Assembly (NCBI GenBank): GCA_950097015.1
Contig: CATNEN010000001.1
Coordinates: forward strand, 14,942,001 to 15,006,000
Reading direction: 5' to 3'
From: Macrostomum hystrix
Lineage: Eukaryota; Animalia; Platyhelminthes
Length of the DNA: 64,000 nt
The translations under genes and the position numbers were made by a program. The notes beneath the pieces are model-generated. The model was not told the DNA's origin, searched no databases, and saw only the letters and a list, made by a program, of their open reading frames with translations. Positions 1 through 13,120 of the stretch are shown here, piece after piece; positions within the stretch are counted from its first letter, which is position 1; each line of letters starts with the position of its first letter.

Positions 1-3000
1 CGACTGTGTTCGCTTGTCGAACAGGCTCTCGCCAATGTCGTGCTCCACCAGATCAGCGCCCAGCTCTTCGTGCTCTCTGGACACCCGCAGACCGATGCTC
101 AGATCGATCAGCTTTAGCAGGACAAACGATGTGGCAGCAGTCCAGGCGATGATGGAAGATATCGCCACGAGCTGGATGCCGAGTAGACGGAACCCGCCGC
201 CCTGTAGGTCGATTAATTGCGGTGGGCACCGTAATCATGAATACAGATATGTCTGAAGTTCTAAGCTTTTAAAAGCAGCGATTCGCGACAAAATGAAAAA
301 TGGAAACCGATGTCCTCCAAGCATCAGAGAACCAATGTCCCCAGCATCAGCAGAGAACCAATGTCCTCCCAGCAGCATCAGAGAACCAATGTCCTCCCAG
401 CAGCATCAGAGAACCAATGTCCTCCCAGCAGCATCAGAGAACCAATGTCTTCCCAGAAGTAGAGAACCAATGTCCTCCCAGCAGCATCAGAGAACCAATG
501 TCTTCCCAGCAGCATCAGAGAACCAATGTCCTCCCAGCAGCATCAGAGAACCAATGTCCTCCCAGAAGTAGAGAACCAATGTCCTCCCAGGAGCAGCAGA
601 GAACCAATGTCCTCCCAGCAGCATCAGAGAACCAATGTCTTCCCAGCAGCATCAGAGAACCAATGTCCTCCCAGCAGCATCAGAGAACCAATGTCCTCCC
701 AGAAGTAGAGAACCAATGTCCTCCCAGGAGCAGCAGAGAACCAATGTCCTCCCAGCAGTAGTTTTATTAAGATTCGCTTTTCTAAATTGGTCACTTTCGA
801 AGTTTTTTCTAATTATCGCGTTTTCCTTTAAATTCAAACTTCATTAAAGTGCGAAAATCAGCAAGCGGTTTTTGCTTTCTAAATCGCTAAAGTTTGCTTA
901 CTGTTTAAAATTCTGCCTCATGCATATGGCCTTCTGCATGAGTTGATTTAAGATCTTTAGTTTAAACTGATAATTAAATGAGGGTGCTACAGGGGCTTGC
1001 AGTGGCCACAATGACTAATAAAGTAGACCGTGATTATTAGTCTTTCAGGGCCCATTCGTAAGTGCATTTGAATTTGAATTTTTAAGGTCAAAATAGAGAC
1101 GGGGCTAATTGTGAAGATAAATTGAAAATGGAGCATTTGGCGAAGTGAGGCTTGGTTGAGCGATGAGGCGTAACGACCTCTAATCCGCTGCTAGTCTACA
1201 TTATCCTAATTTGACTAGGCTATAAGTGATAAAATGCTTGAAGGCTTGAAGGCTTGTCCTTCGCCCCCTAAAGCACAGTGAGAGTTTACACTGCCTGACG
1301 ATAAGAAAGTCAGGGCAGATGTACACACCTGTGTGCGTGTGTGCTCAGGAGTCAGCGGAAATGAGCAGAATTTTGTCTCCTCGCTGGCTGTCAGTTGGTG
1401 AGTATAGACTCACGTAGAACAGTCCGCTGTGATTGGTTGACACGCCGAGTACATTCCAGTCGCGATCCGGCAGTGCCATGAGGCCGGGAGCCAGCAGGCC
1501 CCAGATTGCTGCCGTGAAGTGAACAGCGATTACACCTGCAGCCAGTGTGTTGGCAACTTACTATAGTGACCCGATTCAAATTATTATTATAAATAACAGA
1601 ATTAAAGTAAAAGTGAAGATCGGCTATTGATGGTGTTAAAAGTAGAAATAAATTTACTCAAATATCTCAAATACACATATTTTTCTTTGTTTTCTGTTTC
1701 TCCTAAAATATTCAACGAATCGCCGATTGAAAAAAACAAAATATCGGCCTCGTCGAGATATTCAACGATTCCGATGGGTTGTGATTGGTTATTGGTTATT
1801 GGTTATTGTAATCTGGTGCTAAGAACCACAAAAATGGGCACATTTTTCTGCCCACCAAATTTCATCATGAAACAATTTTGCGCTTTCGTTGGACGGGCAT
1901 TAACGAAGACCACAAATGACCGGTCTGAATGTCTATGGTAAAAACCGGGTCCAATGCTCGATTAACATGTGCTAACAGAAGGGCTGAATTAATATTATTC
2001 TATGGCCTCTTGCATGTTTTTACGAGTATTAAGTACCGCTTATAAATTATCCTCAAAAATTGGCCATAGACAAACTTTTAGTGTTTGGTACACAGATTCT
2101 ATATTACCTAGATTGGTCACTCCAAGAGAAATCGTTCGTTCATCGAAAACCCAGTGTTTTTGCCACAGACGCGAGTTAAATACTGCCGCATTAATATATA
2201 TTTTTAGTAAACTATACTATGTTATTTGCCTTTAACGCTATGCGAGCCAATATTGAGAAATGACTTATGAGAAATGGCAGAGCGTATAGCGATCTTCTCC
2301 TCCCTGGACTTTCGTGAAAAGCAGGTCTTCAGTTCAGCGATGGTGAAGCTGCACACCCCGGCATCCGATATGCAACTTTCTGCTGTTCAGAAGTGGCAGT
2401 TGAAGCTCTTTGAAGCTTCTGCTTTAATCTCTTGATGACTCCATCTCGATATCGAGCTCTATCCCGCTGTTTCTTCCGCTCCTTTCGAACTTCGTTGCGG
2501 TTGTTTGTTGCCCTATCTTCTGAACCAGTTTTATCCTGAGCGTCGGCTGGCATTGCTCAGGCATCTCGACAGCGTACGTGTCTTCACGATGCAGAACTGG
2601 TGGATACATGTTGTCAGCAATGTGCTCTGGTCGCGGCTCGACTTCAACCGATTCCTTCTCCAAGCGTGGTGGAAAAGTGTAGGGATTTGGAAGGGCATCT
2701 TTTCTAAGTCGAGCTGAACGTCGTTCGTGTAGTGGGCAGGAGTAATCGGTTTCTTTAAAATGCAGACTGCACACTTTCAGCCTCCGCTGCCGCACAAAAT
2801 TCAAGTCAACATCGCGTAATTCAAGTATCTCTATCCAACGAACTGCTACCTGGTCATCGCTTGGAAATTTGTGTAGTATTGCAGTGGCGTGGCTACTAAG
2901 ACGGTTGATGATCAGCTCCATGGCTAACGTGCGAAGCAGCAGCTCACAGCCAGCGAGTTTTGAGCGAGCGATAGACCATCAAATAAATTTTCTATCCGTC

Positions 3001-6000
3001 TAACTGTCGGATGGGCAAAACTCTGGGTTTTTGCGGCCGACGGCTGGCGGACGCAGTTTCTATTGCAAAATCGATGAGTGACCAATCTGTGACCAATCTA
3101 GGTAATATAGAATCTGTGGTTTGGTTATAATAAGCACAAAAGAGATCACATTCTGGGACTCGTTTAGGCCATAGATTAATGCGCGTGTTAAGTACGTCAT
3201 AGCCTTGAATAATTATCGCTCGCCACTCGTGATACAAGTGCCCTAAATATAATGATTTGGGATTTTAAATCTGATTAAATTGCCTGTTACTCAGGCATTG
3301 CGCCAGTGACAATGCTGACAAAAAAACGAAGAAAAGATAGTAACTCGAAAGTAACTGTAAAGATCGTCACTTATTTTTAGTTTTCGTTAGTTTGAAAAAA
3401 TCGTTACTTTTTGTCACTAATGATCGTTACTTCTATTCAAATTAGTTATTATAAGTAACTTGCCCAACGCTGCCAGCAGCGCGTGCAGGTCGTTAATTTT
3501 TAGTCGACCAATCACGAAAGTTTTGTTTCACAACTCACCCACTGGGTCGTCGATGCGCAGTCTGGCAACCAGATTCTCTGTTAGACAGGCCAGCAGGGCC
3601 CCCACCACCCCGATGACAAAGCCTTGCCACGGCTCGGCCAGTGCACACATGGCTAAATTGGATGGTAGGTTAGGTAGATTAGATTGGTAGGGTGGGTAGA
3701 TTAGATAATAGGGTAGGTAGGTTATATTGGTAGGGTAGGTAGATTAGATTGATAGTGTGGGTAGATTAGATTGGTAGTGAGGGTAGATTAGATTGGTAGT
3801 GTGGGTAGATTATATTGGTAGTGTGGGTAGATTAGATTGATAGTGTGGGTAGATTAGATTGGTAGTGAGGGTAGATTAGATTGGTAGTGAGGGTAGATTA
3901 GATTGGTAGTGAGGGTAGATTAGATTCGTAGGGTGGGTAGATTAAATAATAGGGTAGGTAGATTAGATAATAGGGTAGGTAGATTAGATAATGGGTAGGT
4001 AGATTAGATAATAGGGTAGGTAGATTATATTGGTAGTGTGGGTAGATTATATTGGTAGTGAGGGTAGATTATATTGGTAGTGAGGGTAGATTGGATCGGT
4101 AGGGTGGGCAGATAGAATTGGTAGGGTGGGTAGATAGAATTGGTAGGGTGGGCAGATAGAATTGGTAGGGTGGGTAGATAGAATTGGTAGGGTGGGCAGA
4201 TAGAATTGGTAGGGTGGGTAGATAGAATTGGTAGGGTGGGCAGATAGAATTGGTAGGGTGGGTAGATAGAATTGGTAGGGTGGGCAGATAGAATTGGTAG
4301 GGTGGGTAGATAGAATTGGTAGGGTGGGTAGATAGAATTGGTAGGGTGGGCAGATAGAATTGGTAGGGTGTACTGCAAGGTGATTGAAGGTCACGTGAGT
4401 ACGGCTGTCCATCTGCCTCACCAGTAATTGACACCAGACTAGCAAGAATACTATTGGTGATGAGGCTGATATGGAATTTTCTACCTCTGGTCAGGTAGCT
4501 GAACAGCATGCCGATCATGCCGCCGCCCATCGATGCGATGATGGTGGACACCGCTGATCTGATCGATGCAAAAATAACCGGCTCTGAGTAGTTTAGTTGC
4601 TGTTGCACACCAAATGTTTTATTAAATTTTAAATTTTACCTGGCAGCCAGTTTCCATTTGTCACCGCTGATACCGAAGGTGGAGCCACAGTTGAATCCGA
4701 GCCAGCCCCACCTTCACGGTAACAACATCATCATTAGATTGTACTTTTAAATCATGAAGAAATCATTGTCTAGCAGATGACACCCCTTATCTAGCAGATG
4801 ACATTCCTTATCTAGCAGATGACATTCCTTATCTAGCAGATGACACCCCTTATCTAGCAGGTGACATTCCTTATCTAGCAGGTGACATTCCTTATCTAGC
4901 AGGTGACATTCATTATCTAGCAGGTGACATTCCTTATCTAGCAGGTGACATTCATTATCTAGCAGATGACACCCCTTATCTAGCAGGTGACATTCCTAAT
5001 CTAGAAGGTGACATTCCTTATCTAGCAGCTGACATTCCTAATCTAGAAGGTGACATTCCTTATCTAGCAGCTGACATTCCTTATCTAGAAGGTGACATTC
5101 CTTATCTAGCAGATGACATTCCTTATCTAGCAGATGACATTCCTTATCTAGCAGATGATATTCCTTATCTAGCAGGTGACATTCATTATCTAGCAGATGA
5201 CACCCCTTATCTAGCAGGTGACATTCCTTATCTAGCAGATGACATTCCTTATCTAGCAGATGACATTCCTTATCTAGAAGGTGACATTCCTTATCTAGCA
5301 GCTGACATTCCTTATCTGGAAGGTGACATTCCTTATCTAGCAGCTGACATTCCTTATCTAGCAGCTGACATTCCTTATCTAGCAGATGACATTCCTTATC
5401 TAGCAGATGACATTCCTTATCTAGCAGATGACACCCCTTATCTAGCAGGTGACATTCCTTATCTAGCAGGTGACATTCCAAAGCCTGCAATCAGTATCCT
5501 AAATGCTACAACGTCCATCCCCAGCCCAATGTAGCTTGGCAGCAATTTACCATAGCATGAACATTCCCAGTAGAGCATTAGTTGGGCTACCCATCTGAGG
5601 CGGGAATGTGGCTGAGAATCTGTGCAGTCGTGGCCTCAGCATCACAGTGGCCACCATACCGGTGGTGCCGCCAACCAGATGTACAGGCCCAGCCCCGGCA
5701 ATGTCCATACAGTTGAGCTTGTACAGGAAGCCATTCTCCGACCACATCCAGTGCGCCGGGAAGCAGAAGATGAATGTATTCAAAAAGCTGAATACCATGT
5801 AGGACTCAAGCTTGGTTCTCTCGGCCATTGCGCCGGACACAATTGTGGTGGCCGTTGTTGCGAAAGAAGCCTGAAAGAAGAATTTCGAGTAGACCCAGCC
5901 GGTGTCGTTTCTCTCAGCCGTCACCATGAAGTTGCCCCAGCCGCTGAAATCGTTGGCCAACGCGCCATTCCCGAAGGAGAACGAATAGCCAACTAGCCAG

Positions 6001-6953
6001 TAGGACAGGCCGCCAAACACCACATCGGCGACATTCTTCACCATGATGTTCACCTCGTTCTTGGCTGTGCACGATCCAGACTCTAGCAGGCCGAAGCCTG
6101 ATTGATTTGAAAAATTTTATGCGTTAAATAAAACTAGCGATATTTAGAGTAACGGCTGAAAGTAACGATTTACAAAGGGTAAAAGTAACGCTTTATTTAG
6201 CTTAAAAGTAACGATTTACTAAATTAAAATGTTAAATATTTAACTAAGAAACTACTATTCCTTACCGATTTAGACATTTTAGATCGAAGTAACTTAAGTC
6301 ATGTATTTGGCTACGGCTTAAATGCATTATTCTTATAAACTTAAGCTTTAGCGGTCTAGAATCAACGAAAATTGAATTCATGTTCCCGTCATAGTCTTGA
6401 GAGTTTTTAAGACTTTTTTTAAATAAACTGGTTCTAAACAGCCACAGAACCACAATTAAACCAAATATAAAATATTTGACTTGCAGGCTTGTAATTAACG
6501 TTAGTAAAAGTAACGACTCGCTACTTTTTTGTATTTGACTACACGGCGATAGATTAGTTGCTGAATTGTCACAAGTAATGAGTAACGTGTTAACGCGTTA
6601 ACAGACATCATAGGCATTCGATAATGAAGCATATTTATCGTAAAGCACAAATGGTATTGAGTAGATATATTTTAGCTAGACATCAATGCTTCTCTGGTAT
6701 GGGAAATAAAACACATGTCTGTGCAGTCTCCTAGCATTGATTTAATTAACAAAAATCTGCGAGACTAAGAATAGTGAAATATATTGCACTTTCTCCAAGA
6801 TTCTACCAAATCTTACTAATGATGGTCTCAAATGTACTCACCGCTTTGCATAGTGAAAATGATAAACGTTGCCGACAAAATCCAAATTGCGTCACTCTGA
6901 GGTTCCGGTGAGAATATCATTGCCCTAGTCGCGTCCGACCTTTTCTCTACCAT
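1..6953 (-). CDS. Ammonium transporter (Amt/Mep family, invertebrate amt-3-like), multi-exon, 3' end runs off the window start
   Basis: Phase-consistent GT/AG exons 6842-6953, 5551-6097, 4640-4711, 4422-4558, 3539-3652, 1414-1535, <1-201. They give DAIWILSATFIIFTMQSGFGLLESG..KNEVNIMVKN, FQASFATTATTIVSGAMAER, DIAGAGPVHLVGG, WWGWLGFNCGS, IDDPVGVIAVH and GLRVSREHEELGADLVEH, all Amt signature motifs. Confidence 0.95.
305..760. repeat. Intronic minisatellite, 28/25-bp unit (cagcagcatcagagaaccaatgtcctcc)
   Basis: Direct tandem repeats inside an Amt intron; explains ORFs at 293-847. Confidence 0.95.
1268..1390 (+). mobile_element. Partial copy (3' half) of SINE family A
   Basis: gcacagtgagagtttacact...gatgtacacacctgtgtg...ctcctcgctggctg matches the 18421-18720 element in the opposite orientation. 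Confidence 0.75.
2091..3118 (-). mobile_element. Non-autonomous P-element-like DNA transposon carrying a THAP-domain remnant
   Basis: Perfect 30-bp TIRs (cacagattctatattacctagattggtcac at 2091-2120; inverted at 3089-3118). 8-bp TSD with one mismatch (gtttggta / gtttggtt). Internal ORF 2424-2921 has THAP motifs HKFP..W..VCSLHF..DY..LRKDALP. Confidence 0.85.
2329..2921 (-). pseudogene. Truncated THAP + basic/coiled-coil transposase N-terminus
   Basis: The THAP ORF lacks the N-terminal Cys pair in frame. The basic/coiled-coil segment (RKERKKQRDRARYRDGVIKRLKQKLQR) lies in a different frame. No catalytic domain. Confidence 0.7.
3655..4370. repeat. Intronic minisatellite, about 21-bp unit (ttggtagggtgggtagatagaa-type)
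   Basis: Tandem array filling most of the Amt intron 3653-4421. Confidence 0.95.
4768..5478. repeat. Intronic minisatellite, 21-bp unit (tctagcaggtgacattcctta)
   Basis: Tandem array; explains the ECHLLDK ORF. Confidence 0.95.
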
Positions 6954-7289
6954 TACCTTTGCTTTCTTTTAGATTTCTTATTGATGTTCTATTTTTTTCT
7001 AACAAAAAGGGACTCAAATTTCGCGCTTCCGCGCTAGTCTGAGAGTCAGCCTGTTCTGCAATCTGCTATATGAAATCTCAGTTTTGTGCAATTAAGCTTC
7101 TTAGAAAATATTCTAGTCTGGATACCTAAAAGTACGCTTGCTACTTATCTGGGCAGCAAGTTGCGTGCCTGCTCTTCTTTGAAGCAATCAGCACGCAAAG
7201 ATGGCCTATTTTAGTTCTGCCTTCCCTGCTGCAGCTTATCAGGGCCTAAGAATATTGGCCTTCTCTGATTGGCTGCAGGCACCGTCTTA

Positions 7290-7440
7290 ACGATAAGACG
7301 GTGCCTGAGCTCGATTCCGCGATTCATTTGGGGCGGGGGGGGCTCATGCAGTTCACACCATTGATGGGCCCTGCACCTCTTGACTATGAACAAGTCAAGG
7401 CAGATGTACACACACCTATATGTACCTGCGTATGCAGTAT
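7290..7440 (+). mobile_element. Degenerate copy of SINE family A
   Basis: gagctcgattccgcgattcatttggggcg...gcagatgtacacacacctat resembles the 18421-18720 element. Confidence 0.5.
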
Positions 7441-8414
7441 CGACTGTTACTAAATGCTGTACTACCACTGTTAAAAAACCGCTTTAATTAGAGCGAATCG
7501 TTGAAAGGATTTTTAAGTTTCGTTTATCTCTGACAAAAAGTAGACAGATTGTGGATTAGAATACTAGTCCAAAGACAGTTTCAAATTTCCATTTTAAACT
7601 AGATGTTTTCAGCTTCAAATTAGAAAAAAAATATTTTTTTACTTTATTACCCTTCACGAAAAACCGTTTGCATAATTGTGTTAACGTGCAAGAAATCAAA
7701 ACCGGAAAGTTAATAATACAATAAAAATTCCGGGTTTTTTACTTCGTTAATAACGACAAAATTTTAACGATATTTTACCAATCACTTTTGCTCTAATATG
7801 CTTCAATCCGTTAAAAACGTATTTTTCTGTTTATTTATTTTTTTTTTTTTCGTTTTATAGTTCTTGTTATAACTTTAATTTATAATTACAATTAATTGAT
7901 TTAATTATAGCTGTTTATCACTTCAAAGTAAGTTTTAGGATAACTATAGAATTGTCTTTCATGAATTTTTACAGAAGCAACTGAATTCACAGAATAATCA
8001 TCTTTTGTAATGAAGCTTCACACATCTTTCTGCTATGCGATGTTCTTTACTTAAGACAAATCTACTCGAAGTTCAAATTTTGAAATCAATAGTTAATTAC
8101 ATCGACAAATAAACCCCATTGTGAACTGAAAATATTATTTTCATAAACTTTTAAATCAAAGTTTCTAATCCGAGATATTTTATGATCCTTGTTTAGTGCG
8201 ATCAGGAATTTTTTTTCATTTTTTGCATTTTCTGTCGATAGTTTTAATTCTGATTTTGATTTCTGATTCCCATGACTAGAATTAGACTAGGTTTAGTCAT
8301 CGCTCATGATTTAATCTTGTGGTTTTAATGAACATTCGATTCTTTGACTTAACATTTAAAATATTTTTTTTTCGACTTTTTTAGACATGAATTGAATCTA
8401 TTAGATATGAATAT

Positions 8415-9052
8415 AATGTTAGACGTGGCTTGAATCTGTTAGACATGGCTTGAATCTGTTAGACGTGGCTTGAATCTGTTAGACGTGGCTTGAATCTGTT
8501 AGACACTGCTAGGATCTGTTAGACACTGCTTGAATCTGTTAGACATGGCTTGAATGTGTTAGACATGGCTTGAATCTGTTAGACACTGCTTGGATCTGCT
8601 AGACACTGCTTGGATCTGTTAGACATGGCTTGGATCTGTTAGACATGGCTTGGATCTGTTAGACACTGCTTGGATCTGTTAGACACTGCTTGGGTCTGTT
8701 AGACATGGCTTGAATCTGTTAGACACTGCTAGGATCTGTTAGACACTGCTTGGATCTGTTAGACATGGCTTGAATGTGTTAGACACTGCTAGGATCTGTT
8801 AGACATGGCTAGGATCTGTTAGACACTGCTTGGATCTGTTAGACATGGCTTGAATGTGTTAGACACTGCTTGGATCTGTTAGACACTGCTAGGATCTGTT
8901 AGACACTGCTTGGATCTGTTAGACATGGCTTGGATCTGTTAGACACTGCTAGGTTCTGTTAGACATGGCTTGGATCTGTTAGACATGGCTTGAATGTGTT
9001 AGACACTGCTTGGATCTGTTAGACACTGCTAGGATCTGTTAGACATGGCTTG
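8415..9052. repeat. Minisatellite, 20-bp unit (ctgttagacatggcttgaat and variants)
   Basis: Tandem array with the GTCTAACAG core on the minus strand. Confidence 0.95.
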
Positions 9053-9229
9053 TCTCGACTTCAAATAAGTTAGACAGTATCTGTCCGACAGCATGAATAA
9101 ACTTGTGCAAACTTGTTTATCTAAACTCGAAAAGCTATTTTTCAAACGGGTTCAGCTGCGCAAATAAACTATAAAAACAGTTAAAGTGCAGCGAGTTCAT
9201 TCACAAGCGACTTCAAAGAGCCATCTTAC

Positions 9230-9338
9230 CGCTTTGCATTGTAAAGATTATGAAGGCCGAAGTTAAAATCCAAATGGCGTCAGCTTCACCACTGATGCCC
9301 TCATTGTAGTGAGTGTGCAACTGCTGCTGCTGTTCCAT
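9230..9338 (-). CDS. Alternative (distal) first coding exon of the ammonium transporter
   Basis: ATG at 9338; encodes MEQQQQLHTHYNEGISGEADAIWILTSAFIIFTMQS-G and ends in a phase-1 GTAAG donor. Homologous to and in phase with exon 6842-6953. Confidence 0.85.
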
Positions 9339-9982
9339 TGAGCCACGTTGCAATGTTGTTTAGGCAATTTCGAAAAAGTGGCGATTTTCCGATGAACGAA
9401 AATCTAGAAATACTTGGCTGTGCTTCACTGGGATTGGTTGAAATGTAAGGCCTGTCTGTCAGTCTGCTCATGCTCAAACTTATTTATGCAACGTGGTCCT
9501 TGCTTTAATTTGCGTGCTAGGCATAACTAAATAAGCGCTATTCCGCCTGCCTGAAATCGAATTTTTTTCAAACATAAAATTATAACAAAAATTCAATTAG
9601 CACACTGGAGAACACAGGGTTTAAATGCATGCCCAGATAATCAAACGACCTGCTTGCTTCTTGTTGGGTACCGTGATCCCTATGGTATTAAGCAAAAGTA
9701 CACAATATGACACTCATTGCCTCAATAAGGCTAACTTTCCTTTGATGTTTCTTGGAAAATTGATTTCAAATTGGCGGTAATTTTAATTCCCTTTTTTCAC
9801 CCTAATGCATTGATACCGCCCGTCAAAGAGATTTCAGAATAAAATATAAATCAATAACTAATTTTGATCCTGAAATGGTATTTCCCATTTTGCTAATATC
9901 GTGTCCACGGATTATTTTTTTCGGCTCGATAACGCTAGTAACTGATATTAGTGCAGCACTGGTGGCTGCTGGCAGTGGCACA

Positions 9983-10112
9983 TCATTTGGTGACACTAGA
10001 CCCGCAGCCAGCGAGGTGGCAATTCCGAACATTTCGCTGACTCCTGAGCACACACTCACACAGGTGTGTACGGAAGCATAATCATCCGTCAGTGTACACT
10101 CACTGTGCTTTG
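9983..10112 (-). mobile_element. Partial copy (3' end) of SINE family A
   Basis: atcatttggtgacactagacccgcagccagcgagg is identical to the sequence at 18421. Confidence 0.8.
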
Positions 10113-10549
10113 AATGTGACCTATATAGGTATTTTACACTATTTACACTAGCGAATAAAATGTTCTAGAAGTAGTTTTTATGATTTTGATGATCGGAAAA
10201 GCGAAACGGTTGTTTTCTACGAAGGCTTTGAGGTAAAGAACTGCGCAATTTATTTTCTGAAGGCTATGATCATTGTGACCTACGTGTGGTAAAAGAGGCT
10301 TCAGTCGAAACAAAAGGTATAAAAAACATTCGCATGTCTTTTGAAATTCTCTACATTCAGTCTGATGATTTTAAGGATGCAAACGGATGTTCTTGATCCT
10401 AATAAATTAATAGAATTGGCATCTAATTAGCCAAAATAGCTACAATTAACGTGGCATGGAGTGAATCTCAAGTTGCTAGTACTTTTACGAAGTGACGAAG
10501 CATATTGAACAACTTCATTAGGGATGGGTTGAGTTTTGCAAAGATGTGG

Positions 10550-11846
10550 AACAGCAGGTGACACTCCTGTCTAACAGATGACACTCTTGTCTAACAGATG
10601 ACACTCTTGTCTAACAGGTGACACTCCTGTCTAACAGGTGACACTCCTGTCTAACAGGTAACACTCTTGTCTAACAGGTAACACTCTTGTCTAACAGGTG
10701 ACACTCCTGTCTAACAGATGACACTCTTGTCTAACAGGTGACACTCACTGTCTAACAGGTAACACTCTTGTCTAACAGGTGACACTCCTGTCTAACAGGT
10801 AACACTCCTGTCTAACAGGTGACACTCTTGTCTAGCAAGTGACACTCTTGTCTAACAGGTGACACTCCTGTCTAACAGATGACACTCTTGTCTAACAGGT
10901 GACACTCCTGTCTAACAGGTAACACTCTTGTCTAACAGGTGACACTCCTGTCTAACAGATGACACTCTTGTCTAACAGGTGACACTCTTGTCTAGCAAGT
11001 GACACTCCTGTCTAACAGATGACACTCTTGTCTAACAGATGACACTCTTGTCTAACAGATGACACTCTTGTCTAACAGATGATACTCTTGTCTAACAGAT
11101 GACACTCTCGTCTAACAGGTGACACTCTTGTCTAGCAAGTGACACTCCTGTCTAACAGATGACACTCTTGTCTAACAGGTGACACTCCTGTCTAACAGGT
11201 GACACTCCTGTCTAACAGGTGACACTCCTGTCTAACAGGTAACACTCTTGTCTAACAGGTAACACTCTTGTCTAACAGGTGACACTCCTGTCTAACAGAT
11301 GACACTCTTGTCTAACAGATGACACTCTCGTCTAACAGATGACACTCTTGTCTAACAGATGACACTCTCGTCTAACAGGTGACACTCTTGTCTAGCAAGT
11401 GACACTCCTGTCTAACAGATGACACTCTTGTCTAACAGGTGACACTCCTGTCTAACAGGTGACACTCCTGTCTAACAGGTAACACTCTTGTCTAACAGGT
11501 AACACTCTTGTCTAACAGGTGACACTCCTGTCTAACAGATGACACTCTTGTCTAACAGGTGACACTCCTGTCTAACAGGTAACACTCCTGTCTAACATGT
11601 GACACTCCTGTCTAACAGGTAACACTCTTGTCTAACAGGTAACACTCTTGTCTAACAGGTGACACTCCTGTCTAACATATAACACTCTTGTCTAACAGGT
11701 AACACTCTTGTCTAACAGGTGATACTCTTGTCTAACAGGTGACACTCTTGTCTAACAGGTGACACTCCTGTCTAACAGGTAACACTCCTGTCTAACAGGT
11801 AACACTCTTGTATAACAGGTGACACTCTTGTCTAACAGGTGACACT
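10550..11846. repeat. Minisatellite, 20-bp unit (gtctaacaggtgacactcct)
   Basis: About 65 tandem units; same unit as 41170-42645. Confidence 0.97.
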
Positions 11847-12729
11847 TTCGCAGGAAAAGAACTTGATTTTTACAATACTACTGTTTCTTAAGTAGATAGT
11901 GCTGTTTTAGTAAAATGACAACCTCATTTTATTTATAAGATATCACTATCATATACAAAGACAAAAGTACACTGGCTATTGAATAAGAATAATACTTTAG
12001 AATGCGCACTATATACCAACTGATGAAGTAGATGCAAAGCATTAGATTAAGAGAAAAAGAGAATACAAGTTTTTCTTTCAAATAATTTCTCACTTCCAAC
12101 TGGGCAGTATGAACGTGTTGGCTACCTGATAAAGTTTTATAATTATTTTACAGGCCCTAACAACAGCCCACCCAGGGCACAAACACACGCATACAGACTC
12201 CTGTCTTTTATAATGGAAAATTCCTCTATAGATTCTATTGAGTATAGAAAATGGCTCACGAGGCAGAGAGACAGGGAGAGAGTTCGAGCTACAAGTGGTC
12301 TCAACCATTTTTATTAGAAGGTAAACGGAGAGAATTTGTGAGCTATATCATTGTCATCTATCTCAGATGGAAAGAAAGGAATTGAGGGGGTAAGGCATTG
12401 TTTTCGATCTGCGTTACTATTTGTCTGAGTTCAAAAATACGAGTATATATGAGTTGTATATATAGACAATTCAGGCATGCATTGCTATGGATCAGCCTTC
12501 TGCCTTCTGCCTACTCACTGTTCTCAAGTAAAAACGAAAGCTCATTTTTTATAAAGATAATAGCAGGAGATTTCTGATTTTTTGTGAGCTGGGTCCGTTG
12601 TCAACAAGACAATGCAACAGTGAGTATTCAGCTATCGAATGCCTGACAATCTTATTGCCTGGTTACGCTGTTTATACCCAAAATTTGTATTTCACTTAAC
12701 TTCAAGTATCCTCTACTTCTTACTATCTC

Positions 12730-13120
12730 TGTCACTCTCCTTCTCACTCTCCTTCTCACACTCCTTCTCACTCTCCTTCTCACTCTCCTTCTCACTCTCC
12801 TTCTCACTCTCCTTCTCACTCTCCTGCTCACTCTCTTCCCACTCTCCTTCTCACACTCCTTCTCACTCTCCTTCTCACTCTCCTGCTCACTCTCTTCCCA
12901 CTCTCCTTCTCACACTCCTTCTCACTCTCCTTCTCACTCTCCTTCTCACTCTCCTTCTCACACTCCTTCTCACTCTCCTTCTCACTCTCCTTCTCACTCT
13001 CCTTCTCACTCTCCTTCTCACTCTCCTTCTCACTCTCCTTCTCACTCTCCTTCTCACTCTCCTGCTCACTCTCCTTCTCACTCTCCTTCTCACTCTCCTT
13101 CTCACTCTCCTGCTCACACT
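12730..13120. repeat. 12-bp pyrimidine-rich tandem repeat (cactctccttct)
   Basis: Direct tandem repeats. Confidence 0.95.

Noticed and set aside
293-847. ORFs with ASENQCPP / QQHQRTN repeats
   Set aside because: Translations of an intronic minisatellite, open in several frames.
3340-3475. agtaac/gttac-rich patches (also 6140-6220 and 6500-6600)
   Set aside because: Probably decayed hAT MITE ends; boundaries cannot be defined.
10550-11846. Regular 20-bp repeats resembling a CRISPR array
   Set aside because: No unique spacers, no cas genes, eukaryotic context.
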